Source: Octopus vulgaris (taxonomy: Eukaryota). From it: a stretch of DNA of 64,000 nt. Numbering within the stretch: position 1 is the stretch's first letter; each line of letters starts with the position of its first letter. Positions 41,731-57,458 of the stretch are shown in pieces. The translations under genes and the position numbers were made by a program. The notes beneath the pieces are model-generated. The model did no database searches, had not been told where the DNA came from, and saw nothing but the letters and a program-made list of their open reading frames with translations. The stretch covers positions 41,106,001 through 41,170,000 of the forward strand of contig OX597820.1 of assembly GCA_951406725.2 (NCBI GenBank). Direction: 5' to 3'.

Positions 41731-42074
41731 TACTCCTTTACTTGTTTCAGTTATTTGACTGTAGCCATACTGGAACACCGCCTTTTAGTCGAAGAAATCG
41801 ACCACTGGTTTTGTTTTATTTTGTTAACCTGGTGCTTTTTCTACCAGTCTCTTCTGGTGGTCCGCTACGTTACGGGAACGTACATGCAATAACATCGGTT
41901 GTCAAATACCCATAAATACATACATATATACGACAGGCTTCTTTCAGTTTCCGTCTACCAAATCCACTCACAAGGCTGTGGTTGGCCCGAGGCTATAGTG
42001 TAGCCGAAGGACTGAACACGGAACCATGCGGTTGGGAAGAAAGCTTCTTACTACACAACTACGCTTGCACCTAT
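41731..42074 (-). mobile_element. SINE family A with internal deletions
   Basis: Tail TTACTTGTTTCAGTTATTTGACTG and head CGACAGGCTTCTTTCAGTTTCCGTCTACCAAATCCACTCACAAGG. Confidence 0.85.
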
Positions 42075-42140
42075 TGTATATATAGATATGTATATGTACA
42101 TACGTATATATACATATACATAAAAATTATTATACATATG

Positions 42141-42762
42141 TACATGTTGCGATGGGTAAATAGTCGGTATTATATATTTTTAATTTCGCGCATGCACATT
42201 GTTTGTTTATGATTTTGTTGACTACACAGTATAGTAGGGCCACCTGGGCACCGTCCGTGAGAAAAAACAGCACCATGACGCAATTCACTGCTCCAGAAAT
42301 TTGGAAACGACATGCTGTACAGCTTGACATTCGCGCCAGAAGCTTCAATACGAACATTCCAGAGGGTTTGGGTGTCAATCTGAGAAGTGTGCAGAGGATT
42401 CGGAAAGAGTTGGATGAGTCTAATAGTGATTACGAAGGTACAGCAGCTTAGAAAACTCGCTCTGATCGTTTTGATAAGAAAAGGACTACTGAACTTGGTG
42501 GTGAGATGCAGGCCATGATTGACAACGATCCCTCCAAGTCAATCGGGTCTATCGCCAGAGACGTAGGAGTTTCTCATCAGGCGGGTAGTGCATGAAGACG
42601 TTCGGTATTACTCATACAAGGTGAAAAGGAACAATTTTTATCCCAAGTCATCAAAGACAAGAGGAAATACCGCACTACAAAGCTTTTGAACAAAGCCAAG
42701 CATCCCTTCCAACCGAACATGGTTTTTTGCTTTGGTTTTTCTCAGACGAGAAAATTTTCTGC
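42141..42762 (+). pseudogene. Tc1/mariner (probably maT/DD37D-like) transposon 5' part, disrupted transposase
   Basis: From ATG 42275: MTQFTAPEIWKRHAV..GVNLRSVQRIRKEL..*..IDNDPSKSIGSIARDVGVS / IRRVVHEDVRYYSYK / KLLNKAKH / WFFSDEKIF (two HTH-like regions and first catalytic Asp); one stop, three frameshifts; truncated by (TG)n. Confidence 0.8.
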
Positions 42763-42799
42763 GTGTATATGTGTGTGTGTGCACGCGCGCTCGTATGCG

Positions 42800-42835
<36 letters not shown>

Positions 42836-42983
42836 GTGTGTGTGTAGCGAATTTCAAGTGTGTAGATAAAGCTTAACAATAAAGGACACAGATATGATTT
42901 GTTGGAATAAGCAGGAGGAAACGAACTCAATATATGAAGGGCCAAACACGAAACTCACCGTTCTTCATTCTCTTATATAACGC

Positions 42984-43166
42984 TATCTTTTACCTGTTTA
43001 AGTTATTAGACTGCGACCATGCAGGGGCACTGCCTTGAGGAATTTTTAGTCCAATCTATTGACCCCAGTACTTATCTTTTTAAAAGCCTGGTACATGATA
43101 ATATCGAACGTTTGCCTAACCGCTAGTTGCGGGGACGTCAACACACCAACACCAGTTGTCAAGCGT
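42984..43166 (-). mobile_element. SINE family A, 3' half
   Basis: GACTGCGACCATGC..AACCGCTAG..GGGGACGTCAACACACC..GTTGTCAAGCG. Confidence 0.75.
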
Positions 43167-43176
43167 AGAGCCAAGC

Positions 43177-43225
<49 letters not shown>

Positions 43226-43229
<4 letters not shown>

Positions 43230-43330
43230 ATCCAAACAAGAAAACACAGAAAAAAAGAGAAAAAAACACAGCAACGCAGGACGTGGAACGATTAAAGTAT
43301 TATTGACGCTCAGGAAAGAAGGGAAGGAAT
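43226..43330 (-). mobile_element. Penelope-like terminal repeat fragment (P2) inside (TA)n
   Basis: GTATTATTGACGCTCAGGAAAG resembles GTATTAGTATAACGCTCGGGAA (32261-32283) and the reverse complement of 6766-6783. Confidence 0.45.
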
Positions 43331-43341
43331 ATATGTTTATA

Positions 43342-43409
<68 letters not shown>

Positions 43410-43436
43410 TATATATGTATATATATATTATATATA

Positions 43437-43496
<60 letters not shown>

Positions 43497-43509
43497 GTAT
43501 ATATATATT

Positions 43510-43544
<35 letters not shown>

Positions 43545-44291
43545 GTATATATATATATATACAAATATATACACGCGCGCACACACACACATTGATATAA
43601 CTTTATTTGGGCGCTCCATTCAAATCACTAGTCGTATGTTGATTCTAATACTTATTTTATAATGATGCTATTGTGCATGCTTTATCAGACCTTGATTATC
43701 GAACCGCTCATTTACGAGTCCTAATGGTGCACAATTTAAGCAGTATCAGTGTCTCAACCAGGGTTCATCCACACATACACACACGCGCACATACAAAACA
43801 CGATAGTGCTTCAGCACAGTTTCCGTGTATTGAATTACATTCTCAGAGAATTTAGTTGAAGATGCTACCTTAACGTCTCCGTAGTTGGACTGAACAGGGA
43901 ACTTCTTACTTTCCAGGCAAAGCTCTTAACCATAAACCCATGCATACATGTCTTCCAGGAATTATGTCTCATATCTTATCGCCGGGTTTTTCTGCATATA
44001 TTATTTCCTTTGTCTCACTCTCTTGTTCGAGTGTGTAGTCAGTCAGTGACAGGACTTTTTTTAATGTATATGTGTGAGTGTGTGTATGTATGTGTGCGTG
44101 TCTGCGCGCGTTTGCATGTGTGAGTGAGGGCATGTGTATATACGTAATGTGTTAGCACGTGACTGAATATGCATGTATATTTATGTGTGCGTGTGTGTGT
44201 ATCTTTATGCATGTAAACAAACATGCACGCAGACGCATGCACCTTTATATGCTTATATATATATACATGTGTGTGTATGTGTGTAAATAAG

Positions 44292-44352
<61 letters not shown>

Positions 44353-44535
44353 GTAAATATGATTATATATATAAAGAAATACACGCATACACACATATAT
44401 GCTTACATATATAAGCATATATGTATATATGTTTATATATATTTACATATTTATATATATACACAAATGTATATACATATGCGTACATACATACATACAC
44501 ACATATTTGTATATGTATGTGTATATATATATATA

Positions 44536-44635
<100 letters not shown>

Positions 44636-45323
44636 GTATGTCTGTATAGGCAACAAACAAAACGAACACACATACACACACACGTATACAGTAATAAACT
44701 GGATCCTCCTGCAGGTAAAATGTTTCTAGTGAATGACTGTATATTGTAGGAACAAGTATAAGGAATAAACTAAAAGCACAGCTATCAAATAGAGATAGAC
44801 ATTCACTGGAGCTACATACTTATTAAATGTAGCTGAGACATGCTCATATACACTATAATTGCAGTTAGATGCTGTTACTGTTAGACATGCTCACTGGATA
44901 CCTCCCACTCTTCGAAGAGTCCCCGGGGCATATGTCATTACTAAACATTTTCTCTTGCTTGTTTAGCGTCCGGCAATGCCTTTTTTGTAGTTTTGTACGT
45001 ATATGCGAATGTATAAATGTATGTATTCAGGCATATAGGTAGACAGGTAGGTAGGTAGGTAGGTAAAGATATATATATATTTATGTACACACACATATAT
45101 TTATACACACACACACAAGCACACACATAAATACGCACACAAACAAACGCTCACAAACATGAATATGCACATACACACACACATGCAGACATATATGTAC
45201 CCACACACATATTTGATAACATCAGTAAGATACGAACCAGAATGTTTCTTTATTCACCTCAAGGCATCGTAAACTCAAGTTTCGCTTGTGTGCGTGCGTG
45301 CGTGCGTGCGTGCGTGTGTGCGT

Positions 45324-45383
<60 letters not shown>

Positions 45384-46580
45384 GTGTGTGTGTGTGTGTG
45401 CGTGCGTGTGTGTGTGTGTGTTTCAATTTCTGTCTTTCCCTTTTTTTTTTTGAGCTGAAATGTTTTTATTCTGATTGTAACAAAAGGAAACCTTCTCCCA
45501 AACACGCACATAAATAAATAACTCCTATTCATATTAACTTCAAGCTTCATTACCCCTCTCTAGATATTTCTCTATGTACTTCTATACATCGGCATGCTAT
45601 GACTCCTGCCATTTTTGACCCGAGTTATGCTCACTTTTCAGTAGGCTTACTTCTATTAAATCTAATATCTGGACATGCATAAGAAAAAAAATAAAATAAA
45701 TAAGAATACAAAAAAAAAAAAAGAGCAACACGGTTCAATATCATTCCTTAAATGTGGCCATGATAAAATGAATGGTAATTCTTAACAAATTCACAATATG
45801 TATGGGAATGATGAATATGGTCGATAAACATTTGAATATATTAATATTAGAATTTGGTTGTTGTTGTTGTTGTTTATGAATGTGCAGTGCCTGATCCAGA
45901 AGACCTATGATCAAGTACCAGCTGCGAACAACATGTGTATCTAGGGATACTCTGTCCAATGTATTGATTTCTAAGACGATCGCGTGTAAACTGAAGGTGA
46001 TTTAGATGCTATTTCTAGCTGATTGAGCGACACTGTATAAGCTTCTTCGTGTTTAGTTTGTGATTGTTATTGTTTTCTTGGTTATTGTTTTCTTGGTTCA
46101 GCGACGAATGAACCCTGATCAAGCAAACCAATAGTTAAAGACTTTCCAAATACGACAATCCCACTTTGTTTCGTATATCAGAAACTATTATATCTCATGT
46201 CACGTTTCTTTTTGAGAACAGCAGGGAGATTTGGTTGCAATTTTCTAGCAGTTCGCGTGATTGCTCTGAGACTTCGTCGCTAGTTCGCTGTACTAGAAGG
46301 TAACATGGCCAAGTTATATGATACTGAGTTGCCGGTTGATATTGGCTATTGCTGGTAAAACTTGCATGTGCCTGTGTGTATATGTATGTACTTGGCAGCC
46401 ACATTTTGTGATACAGAGAATGATATGAACCTTTAATTACAAGTCCTTGTCGTTTGTCCTTCATGGAAAGAATAGCTATTAGAGAAGTTGTTAGATTCTT
46501 TAACGTTACTAAAAGTAGATCACAAAATGCTGTTCTTCGATATACATACATACATACACACACGCACACACAGACACACA

Positions 46581-46667
<87 letters not shown>

Positions 46668-47323
46668 GTACTTTGTGTTTCATGAAACGCTCAAAGCTAC
46701 TTGCAACACGTGTGAAACATGTACCCTTGTTATTGTTGTTTTTATTGTTGCTATCGTTTAGCTCCAAGTCAGCTCTAATCAAGTTCACCTCTGAACAAAA
46801 ACCAGTCAACTGAAACCATTCCATCTTGTTTTCTTTACCATGCCAAATCTAAATAGCATTGCATTATCCAAAGTCGTGTATTTTTCTTACGTTTACGACT
46901 GGAACGTGCACTTTGAGGGGTGCCTTGCTGTTATTACTTCAGTAGATCAAGTGACCAAATAAAGTTTCTTCTTTGGTTCGAAGGTTTTAGGGTAAAACGA
47001 GTGAGCAGAGTTAGAAACAAGCACCAAATTCACAGATATTCTTTTATTCATTCATTCTTTTACATATTTGTGAAATTACAACCAACATCGGTATTACTTT
47101 TAATGGCTTCAGTACTTTATCTGGTTCTTGATGATTCAATCTCTGAGCGGTATCGGTGTTTGGTATAACAAAGGCTTTACGGCTTGGCCGTTAATAACAT
47201 GAAATAAGCCAAAGCAGTACTATATCCACAACTCCCTTCTCTGTCGAAACTGAATTAGCAATGGAAATATAAAACTATACATGAGGTAAATTGATATTAA
47301 TTTTAATATTAAAATTCACATAT

Positions 47324-47728
47324 AAGGCAGCGAGCTGACATAATCGTTAGCATGCCGGACAAAATGCGTAGCGGTATTTCGTCCGTCTTTACATTCTGAG
47401 TTCAAATTCCGCAGAGAGATCGACTTTGCCTTTCATCTTTTCAGGGTCGATAAATTAAGTACCAGTTACGCACTGGGGTCGATGTAATCGACTTAATACC
47501 TATGTCTGTCCTTGTTTGTCCCCTCTATGTTTAGCCCCTTGTGGGTAGTAAAGAAATAGGTATTTCGTCTGTCTTTACGTTCTGAGTTCAAATTCCGCCA
47601 AGGTCAACTTTGTCTTTCATCATTTCGGAATCGATGAAATAAGTACCAGCTGATCACTGGGGTCAGTGTAATCGACTTAGGCACTTCCCCTAAATAGCTA
47701 ACATTGTGCCAACATTTGAACCAATATT
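47324..47728 (+). mobile_element. tRNA-derived SINE family B with an internally duplicated 186-bp unit
   Basis: Head GGCAGCGAGCTGACATAATCGTTAG; B box GAGTTCAAATTCC twice; core CTTTCATC..TCGAT.AA.TAAGTACCAG..CACTGGGGTC twice (47373-, 47559-) with different tails. Confidence 0.85.
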
Positions 47729-48047
47729 AAAACTCATATAGAGGCATACTTCACTGGTTAGGGGCAAAGCTAATCCTAATCTGCTGCTGCACTCTTTTTC
47801 AATTCGATGCAAAATGAAGTTCAGGAGCATCTCGCGAAGCACATTATGGGCATCTGAAGCAAAGCAGTAAAGTCCTGAATACAACACCCTAACCATTGAG
47901 CCACGTTTCTCAGATAAGTACATTTCCATATGAACACACACTTAAACGTGGATATACGCATTTACATAGACGCACATACATACACATACATGCGCATGAA
48001 TTACATATGTGTGTGTAAAGATATAGGTATATAAACACTCATATATG

Positions 48048-48082
<35 letters not shown>

Positions 48083-48531
48083 ACATATGCATGTAAATAT
48101 ATATATACATTATATCTTTGAAATATGACTATATACATTTCAACGACATATGGGCATAGATACATATTTCTACATACATCTGAATACCAACTCACATATA
48201 GTCAGCACACACACACACACATACACACACACACACACACAAACTATCTCTCTTTCCTTCTTTCTTACTTTCTTTCTTTCCTTCTCTTTTATATGCAGAG
48301 ACGCATACGCACAATACACAAGGATATCAAACGCCCTGCATACAATCGGTGTTGCAAGCCAAAATGCCTGCATATTTTCAGTGTCAAGCAACCAAACCGT
48401 ATGACTGACTTATTGGCTAGTCAATAACAGTGGCTCCCTCTACCGGAAATTCCAGTTTCAAGGTGTCTAACATATTTCCATTTGCATCCATCATCAATTC
48501 AAGTAGCTCTATCGGTAACTTCAGCAGCAAT

Positions 48532-48562
<31 letters not shown>

Positions 48563-49179
48563 GCAGCAAAAACACTATCTTAGTAACCAATTGTTAAGAC
48601 GGTGTCTTTAAGTATTGCCGTTATTTTTATTTTATTTATTTGTTTTATTTACTTTTATTGTGTTATCTGTCTTTTCTCGACCGTTGCACATCAACCTCTT
48701 GAATACTCCAGTTTCTATCTGCTAAGCTTTACAGATTAACAACATGCAGTTTATTGCCATGTGTGTCCCATATGTTTGCGTTTATGGCGTTTGTATGGTT
48801 ATACAGTCATATAAATGTTCTATTTTTCACGCATATATGTGTGTGCGCTAGTGTTTGCATGTGTATAGACGTGCTTATGTGTGTGTGTGTGTGTACGTGT
48901 TTTTGTGTGTGTGTGTGTGTGTTTGCATGTGCGTGTGTCTATGTGTGGTAGTGTACGCTAAGTGCGCTTGAATGCAAAAGAGTTTGTATACCGGTAGCTG
49001 TAGACGTATGTGTATGCATACGTGTATATATGTATATATGTATGTATATATATATATATACATATGCATGTGTGTGTCTGTGTGTATGCGTGTATATATA
49101 TGTATGTGTGTATGTATATATATATATATATATATACATGCACATATATCTATATAATATATATGTGTATGTGTGTGTG

Positions 49180-49218
<39 letters not shown>

Positions 49219-49461
49219 CTGTGTGTATATGTATACATACATACATACATACATACATATAGACATGCGTTGCTGCGTCTGTCTTTTAGTGTGTACACAT
49301 TTACATTCGTTGTCCCAGAATTAATGCAGCTTTTATATTTTAGAAAATCCGAATGACTTAACGAATACATGGTACGTTTATGTTGCAAGTTTTGTACATG
49401 TTTGTTTTTATTTGTTTTCGGTTTAGTGTGCACATGTATGCAGGCATGTTTTAGCGTGTGC

Positions 49462-49493
<32 letters not shown>

Positions 49494-49952
49494 TGTATGT
49501 ATGTATGTATGTATGTATGTATGTATGTATGTATGTATGTGTGTCTGTGTGCGCGCGTGCGCGTGTGAGTGTTTTATTACGTGCGTTTGTGCGCGTGGGT
49601 GTGCGACCAAATAAGAAAGAAAAGGAACCAGAAAAGATACAAAGAAAGCTAATTTTCCTGAAGTTGTATGTAAAATGACGCAGACACCGTATAGTGAATG
49701 TGAGGCTGGCACACCAGAAGTACTCAGTAACAATGTGACAGCTTTAACCGGCATTAGCCTAACAGATTAATACTATTGTGCAACCACTTTACCGACTGCC
49801 ATTACCATGATGTGACAATACTGCTTGCAATCACCCCGAAGAACTCGTCACCCCTGCTTCACCCCTTTCATTTGTTCTGCCTTCCTGTCATGCATCCAAC
49901 CATCAGCCAATCCATCGACATATCCAACTATCGAACCATTCATCCATATTGT

Positions 49953-50090
<138 letters not shown>

Positions 50091-50745
50091 GTCTATCTAT
50101 CTATCTATCTATCTATATATATATATATATATCTTTCTCTATCTACCTATCTATCTGTCTATCTATCTATCTAACCAGCATATATCATCCGTGTATCCCC
50201 TCTCTCCATCCTTCTCTCTACCAAACTGGTCAAACATTCGAATATACGCTACAGATACAAAAGTATCACATACATATATACTCATTCTCACATACTCTCT
50301 GATCTAAATCCAAACATCTATACACGTAAATCCACAAACTTCAAATTCATGCTCAGACATTTATGCCCACGTATATACAGGCTGGTTATGTAATTATATA
50401 CAAAAAGGACATGGTGGGGCAATCAAAAACACGTACGTGTATCTACTAACTAACAAAATACCAACAAAAGTAGGGAAACATGCACATACATGACAAAATC
50501 ATCTCGAAAGAAAACGCGTGTATACACACAGGACGTGGAAAGAAAGTTAAACACAACCACGCATATATATATATATATATATATACGCACAAACGTATAA
50601 ATATATACTCAGGCACACAAATATTCGCAGACAATGAAGTAGATATACAAAGAAAGTCAGAAATGCATTTATACACATGTCTACCACTACATATATACAC
50701 ACATACACACATAGGTGCACATACAAATGCACACACACACACACA

Positions 50746-50875
<130 letters not shown>

Positions 50876-51590
50876 CACACATACACTTGTGTATACTATC
50901 ACACACAAACACACTTCCGGTAAAATGCATACACAGCAACTAATACACACACGTAAACCTATAAAACTCTCAGAAACACACATGTACACACACAGACACA
51001 CGTACACTTACACACGCACACACATGTACATGCACAAAAACACACACACACACACCCATACATACATACATGCAACTACCCTTCTTTCACTTTCTATCCT
51101 TCTCACCATTCGATTCACAGTTGTTACGTCTTTTTGCCAGTGAATTCCGGCGAAAGCTAATGTGACTGCCATTGACAAGTTGACAGTTGCAGACTTACTG
51201 GTATAATGGCAGTGGAGATGAGTGCTGGTGGCGAGAGGAGCGGTGCTGGATGGATATTGGTGGAAGTTAGTGAAGCTGAGTGGTGGCTTTTCAAAAACAA
51301 AAGTGAAAGTAGTGGGTTGGAGGAGGAGTCGGCCACAAGAACATTGAACCCTGTCGGAAACTCTTTCCGATGCCTATGAGGCGTAAGTAAGCCAATGCAG
51401 AAACAATGCAAATATGACAACAGTAAAGTATATGGAAAACAGCACTTTACCAACACTACCACCACCAGCAGTCGCTGCAGCAACAACAACAACAACAACA
51501 ACAGTAGTAGTTGTAGTAGTAGTAGTAGAGTAGTAGCAGCAGTATTAGAGTAGTAGTAGTAGTGGTAGTAGTAGTAGTGGTAGTAGTAGC

Positions 51591-51757
<167 letters not shown>

Positions 51758-52185
51758 CAGCAGCAGCAGCTTGGCAATGTTTCTATCTCCACAAGGTGCC
51801 AGATGGAGAAACTAATCTCTATAGAGAGGATCAAACCCAAACATTTGATATGGAAATAGTGGAATATTTGAATAAGTTACAGGCAGCCTTGAAGCATAAA
51901 TTAACATCAGCATGAATCATGAAACTATAGTAACTACCCGAAACTCTACACATTATTGTGCAATACACATTTACACAAAAACTACATTCGTAACATGAGA
52001 CTGCACTGAATTACACTAAGCAGGAAAAAAACAACATCTAAAGAATGTCTCATCCTACCATTCCATATTACATAGAAGTCCAGTAACTGTAACAGCAGTG
52101 AGATTAATATACAGTAAAAAAATCTTAGTAGTGAAGCACAGTTAGTAATTTCATTATTATTAAACTATTGTAATCGTTATAATAA

Positions 52186-52351
52186 CAGCAGAGAACTGGT
52201 GGAAACGTTGGCACCGCGGACAAAATACTTAGAGTAAACTAGTTTGTCTTTACGTTCTAAGTTCATATTCTACCGATGTCGACTTAGCTTTTCATCCTTT
52301 CGGGTCGATGAAATAAGTACCAGTTGAACACTGGGAGTCAATGTAATTGAC
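52186..52351 (+). mobile_element. SINE family B
   Basis: GTCTTTACGTTCT..TTTCATCCTTTCGGGTCGATGAAATAAGTACCAGTTGAACACTGGG. Confidence 0.8.
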
Positions 52352-52379
52352 ATTCTACGTATGTTATAAAGGCTTATCG

Positions 52380-52426
<47 letters not shown>

Positions 52427-52487
52427 AACTTCTTGGCTCTTTCAGAAAGACTTATCATTGCTTCATATACATATATATATATATATT

Positions 52488-52878
52488 TATTCTCTTACTT
52501 GTTTCAGTCATTTGACTGCGGCCGTGCTGGTGCAGTCAAATGACTAACACAGTAAAAGAGTAAATATATATATAGCCTAGTACTTATTCTATCGGGCACA
52601 TTTGCCGAACCGCTAAGTTGCGGGGATATAAATACACCAGCATCGGTTGTCAAGCGATGTTGGGGGTACAAACACATACGCACAAACATAAACACACACA
52701 TGCATATACATATATATACATATATGATAGGCTTCTTCCAGTTTGCGTCTACTAAATCTACTCACAAAGCTTTGGTCAGCCCGAGGCTATAGTAGAAAAC
52801 ACTTGCCCAAGGTGACACACAGTGAGACTGAACCCGGGACCATGTGGTTGGTAAGCAAGCTACTTACCACACAGCCAC
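52488..52878 (-). mobile_element. SINE family A with fold-back tail and 16-bp flanking direct repeat
   Basis: Head to TACTTACCACACAGCCA; tail inverted-duplicated at 52506-52545; CTTGGCTCTTTCAGAA at 52432-52447 and 52878-52893. Confidence 0.85.
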
Positions 52879-53313
52879 TTGGCTCTTTCAGAATTTATTA
52901 ATGAGTAATTCATTTTTACTATACCAATTCACCTCTTAAGAGACTTTAAATTAGCTTAACTAATAATTCTTATGCCATTTCCTTTCGGTCGCAGGTCACA
53001 ACAAAACTGCTGAGTCGGTAATACTCACTATGTAAGACAGGACGGTTTGTCTTTCCTACTCTTAGTATTCCGGTTGATGAGACGAGATTACAATCGTAGA
53101 CATTATCGAGGTACTTGGCATATGTTTTCTATGGAATACATATTGTTTTTCTTCATTTTTTCGTTACTTTTCAATTCAATTCATTTCCATAACGTACAAG
53201 AGGAACATAGGTCTCAAATTTTGGAGTATTTCATCCAGCATTTCAGAATAGATTTACACCAGTTATGTATGAATTTAAATGTGTTCTTGACTAATGCATG
53301 TATGTATACAAAT

Positions 53314-53504
<191 letters not shown>

Positions 53505-54162
53505 TGTGTGTGTGTACGTGTGCGTGTGTGTCGCATGTGTGTTTGTGTACTTGCGTGTGCGTGTAAGCACAAGATTTATATATATGCATAGGCATATACA
53601 AACGTATACATACATACACACACACACATACACATATACATATATATCAAAATGCATATATTTACATACATACTTATGTCCATAGCTATTATATACATGC
53701 ACAAGCAAGCACATATTGCACATTCAGATACGAACATACGCATCGCGTATCTAGACACATGCGTGGGCACACACACACGTGTCTTTATTCCCTCGGATAC
53801 GGCCTAAACGATTGCACACACACGCGCGAATCTGTGCAGCTTCGAGGTGAAAGTTCGATTTCTTGCAAAAATAGAAAAAAAAACTTAAATTCCGCCACAT
53901 GTATTACATACCAAGTTTTTTGTCTCCACACACACACATACACCTAAATACAAGGATACACAATTGCACATGTGTTCAATATGTATTCAAGCACACGACT
54001 ATAAATGTTATATATATATGTGTGCATACATATATGTATATATATATATATATATCTATATATACATTATATCTAACTATGTATGTGTGTATATATATGC
54101 ATATATATATATATATAATATATATATATATACATATATATATATGCATCTATGTATATATA

Positions 54163-54210
<48 letters not shown>

Positions 54211-54240
54211 CATATATATATATACATACATACACACACC

Positions 54241-54275
<35 letters not shown>

Positions 54276-55270
54276 GATATTCTGCTCCGAGGCAGTTAAT
54301 ACTGGAGATTGCAAATATATTTCTAAAATGTATTATTGAGTGTATGAATAAGTGTATGTACAAGTGCGTGTGTGTGTTCATGTATTCGTATTTGCTCTTA
54401 CACAGCTCTAATCAATAGTGTATGAGTATATGTGTACATCTTGGCGATAATTCCCCACCCTCACTCCCGATTCCTCTTTATTTGGTTTGTTACAATTCTT
54501 TTTGGTTTCTTTTTCTTCTTCTTTTTTTGCATATCTTTTGAAAAGGATTCCTTGAAATACAAATATACACACAAATATAAATACTCACACACACAGACCT
54601 ATGTAAAAGAAATTTTGTCAAGACAATATTTGGCTTGCTACAAGCACTATAACGTAAATTTCGTTTGTGGGATCTACATTTATTAATTAGCAACATATAT
54701 ATATAATATTCACGGATTTTGCAATATTCAATGCGGATGAGGACGTAGCTTCTATACAATATGAAGCAATAAAAATAAAATAGAATATAATATAGGTAAC
54801 GAGCACAAGTTTTTACATATTCTAATACGGCTGGATATTTCAATGCAACATTCACTACAGAAATATATAGATTAGTTGTATTAATAATAGCAGTGTTACT
54901 ATTAGTGTGAAACACGTGCTATAGTCGCCATGGAGACGGCAGTAAATAACAGGAACTAACATAAATGGCCTAACTATAATGGATAGATGAAGCATTGTTT
55001 GGAAAGACGCACGCCAAATGGCATATGTATATGAGTACGGATGTACGCACGTGTGTGTATGTGCATATGTAAGTTTGTATGTATATATGCAATCCTGTAT
55101 ATATATATATATATGTCTATATATGTGTATATATATATATATTATTACACACACAAACATATATATATATATACATATACATTAATACATATTGGTATGT
55201 GTATATTATTACATATATTGGTATGCATATATAATTACTTATATGTATTATTTATATGCATATATAATTA

Positions 55271-55328
<58 letters not shown>

Positions 55329-55842
55329 TATATATATATATACATACATATATACATAAATATGTATATTCATATATATATACATATGGACAGATAGATA
55401 AATAGATAGTAAGTACTGCATGCATACATACATACATACATACATACATACATACATACATACATAAATCATGTGTGGGTAGGTATGTAAGAAGGTAGGT
55501 TGGTAGGTAAGAAAGGAGGCGCTAGGTAAACAGATATGATCGAAAATTCACAAAATATGTTACCTTATTTACCAACAGCCTTTCAAGAAATAGATATAAA
55601 TAAATAAATAAATCATGGCAGCTTAATCTATTTGACAGGGGGTTACACTTATAATTACCGTTAATGGTGTCATAAATTGAATAGACAGATGTGAATCCAC
55701 TTCTTTTATTGCATGTGTGAGGACATACAGACACATGTCAGCCTTCCAGCATTTTCTGCACCCCGTGAGCGCGCAAGTGTGCATACACACACATCTCTCT
55801 ATATGCATTTACATAAATATGCATATGAATCTATCTGTCTGA

Positions 55843-55912
<70 letters not shown>

Positions 55913-55981
55913 ATGTATGTGTATATGTATATATATATCTGTATATATATATATATATACGTATGTATATATGTATATATA

Positions 55982-56092
<111 letters not shown>

Positions 56093-56102
56093 ATTTATAT
56101 AG

Positions 56103-56400
56103 TGAAGGCGCATGGCTTAGTGGTTATGGTATTCGGCTCGTAAGATCGTGAGTTCAATTCCTGGCAACACGTTGCTTCCTTGAGCATGACCCTTTATTTC
56201 ACGTTGGTCCAGTCCACTCAGCTGGCAAAATGAGTTGTACCTCTATTTCAAAGGGCTAACATTGTCACGCTCTGCTTCACGCTGAATCTCCTTTAGAACT
56301 ACAATAAAGGTACACGTGACTTTGGAGTGCTCAGCCACATGCACGTTAATTTCAGATCAACTGGAACCCTCGTCGTCGCAAGCGACGAAGTACCAGTACC
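56103..56400 (+). mobile_element. SINE family C, alternative tail
   Basis: GGCGCATGGCTTAGTGGTTA A box, GAGTTCAATTCC B box, CTTGAGCA..TTTATTTCACGTTG..CACTCAGCTGGCAAAATGAGT core. Confidence 0.8.
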
Positions 56401-57237
56401 GTATACATTATAGATATACAAACAAGCAAACATACATGCATACACATGCATTCACATACTGATGTGTGTGCGTGTATGTGTGTATGCATACAAATGATAT
56501 TTGGGTGTTTTGTCTCTGAGCATGGTACTGAATATCAGTTTGTTCGAAAAATATGTAGCAGACATTTCAGTAACATTTTTTGTTAGGAAGTGGATTCGTT
56601 TTATTATATTTTATCTTATTGATATATGTGCGTGTGCATGTGTTTGTGTGTGTCTGTGATGTGGGAAAAGCGAACTCGCTGTTGTTTGGCTTATTCAAAG
56701 AAAGGTTATGGTCCACGACTATTTTCAGAGTCCCCAAGACTGCGGGGAACGAAGTAAATTATCCCCGGACCGAAGACCTAGTCAGCATGTTTGCAATCCT
56801 GTGGGCTCCACTAATAGATCACAGCAGCTACGTGTACATGTTAAAACCCAGTAACAGATACCGTCAACCACACAAGAACGGCTTCTATGATGGACTTTTA
56901 AACAGTTTTTAAACTACTAAGTTTCAGATATGCATATACGGTATTTGTTCGATCAATAGCTGTGTAGTAAAACGGTCCTGAAACCGCATAGACATGTTCT
57001 ATGCCCATTTGACTGCAACAAGTTGTCTTCGGAAGAGATAACAAGGTTGTTTTCATCTATGTATGTGCATAGACAAAAACAAGGCTATTTTTTCTGCGTG
57101 CATGTTAGTATGTGTGTGCGTGTCAGTATTATATATCTATATCTATCTATCTATCTATCTATCTATCTAATATATATATGCATATATACATATATATATG
57201 TATGTATAGATATATATATATGTGTATATATGGATGC

Positions 57238-57296
<59 letters not shown>

Positions 57297-57458
57297 TATG
57301 TACACACACGCACACATTAGCTATTAGCGACGGATTTATTAGCTTGCTGAGACGATTCCTCTGGATTATTACCACAGCCTACGGCATTAGCATCAACACA
57401 AATACATTGGATGTGGAATTTTATGTATGTATGTGTTTATCTTTTTTGCTCGTGCTTA

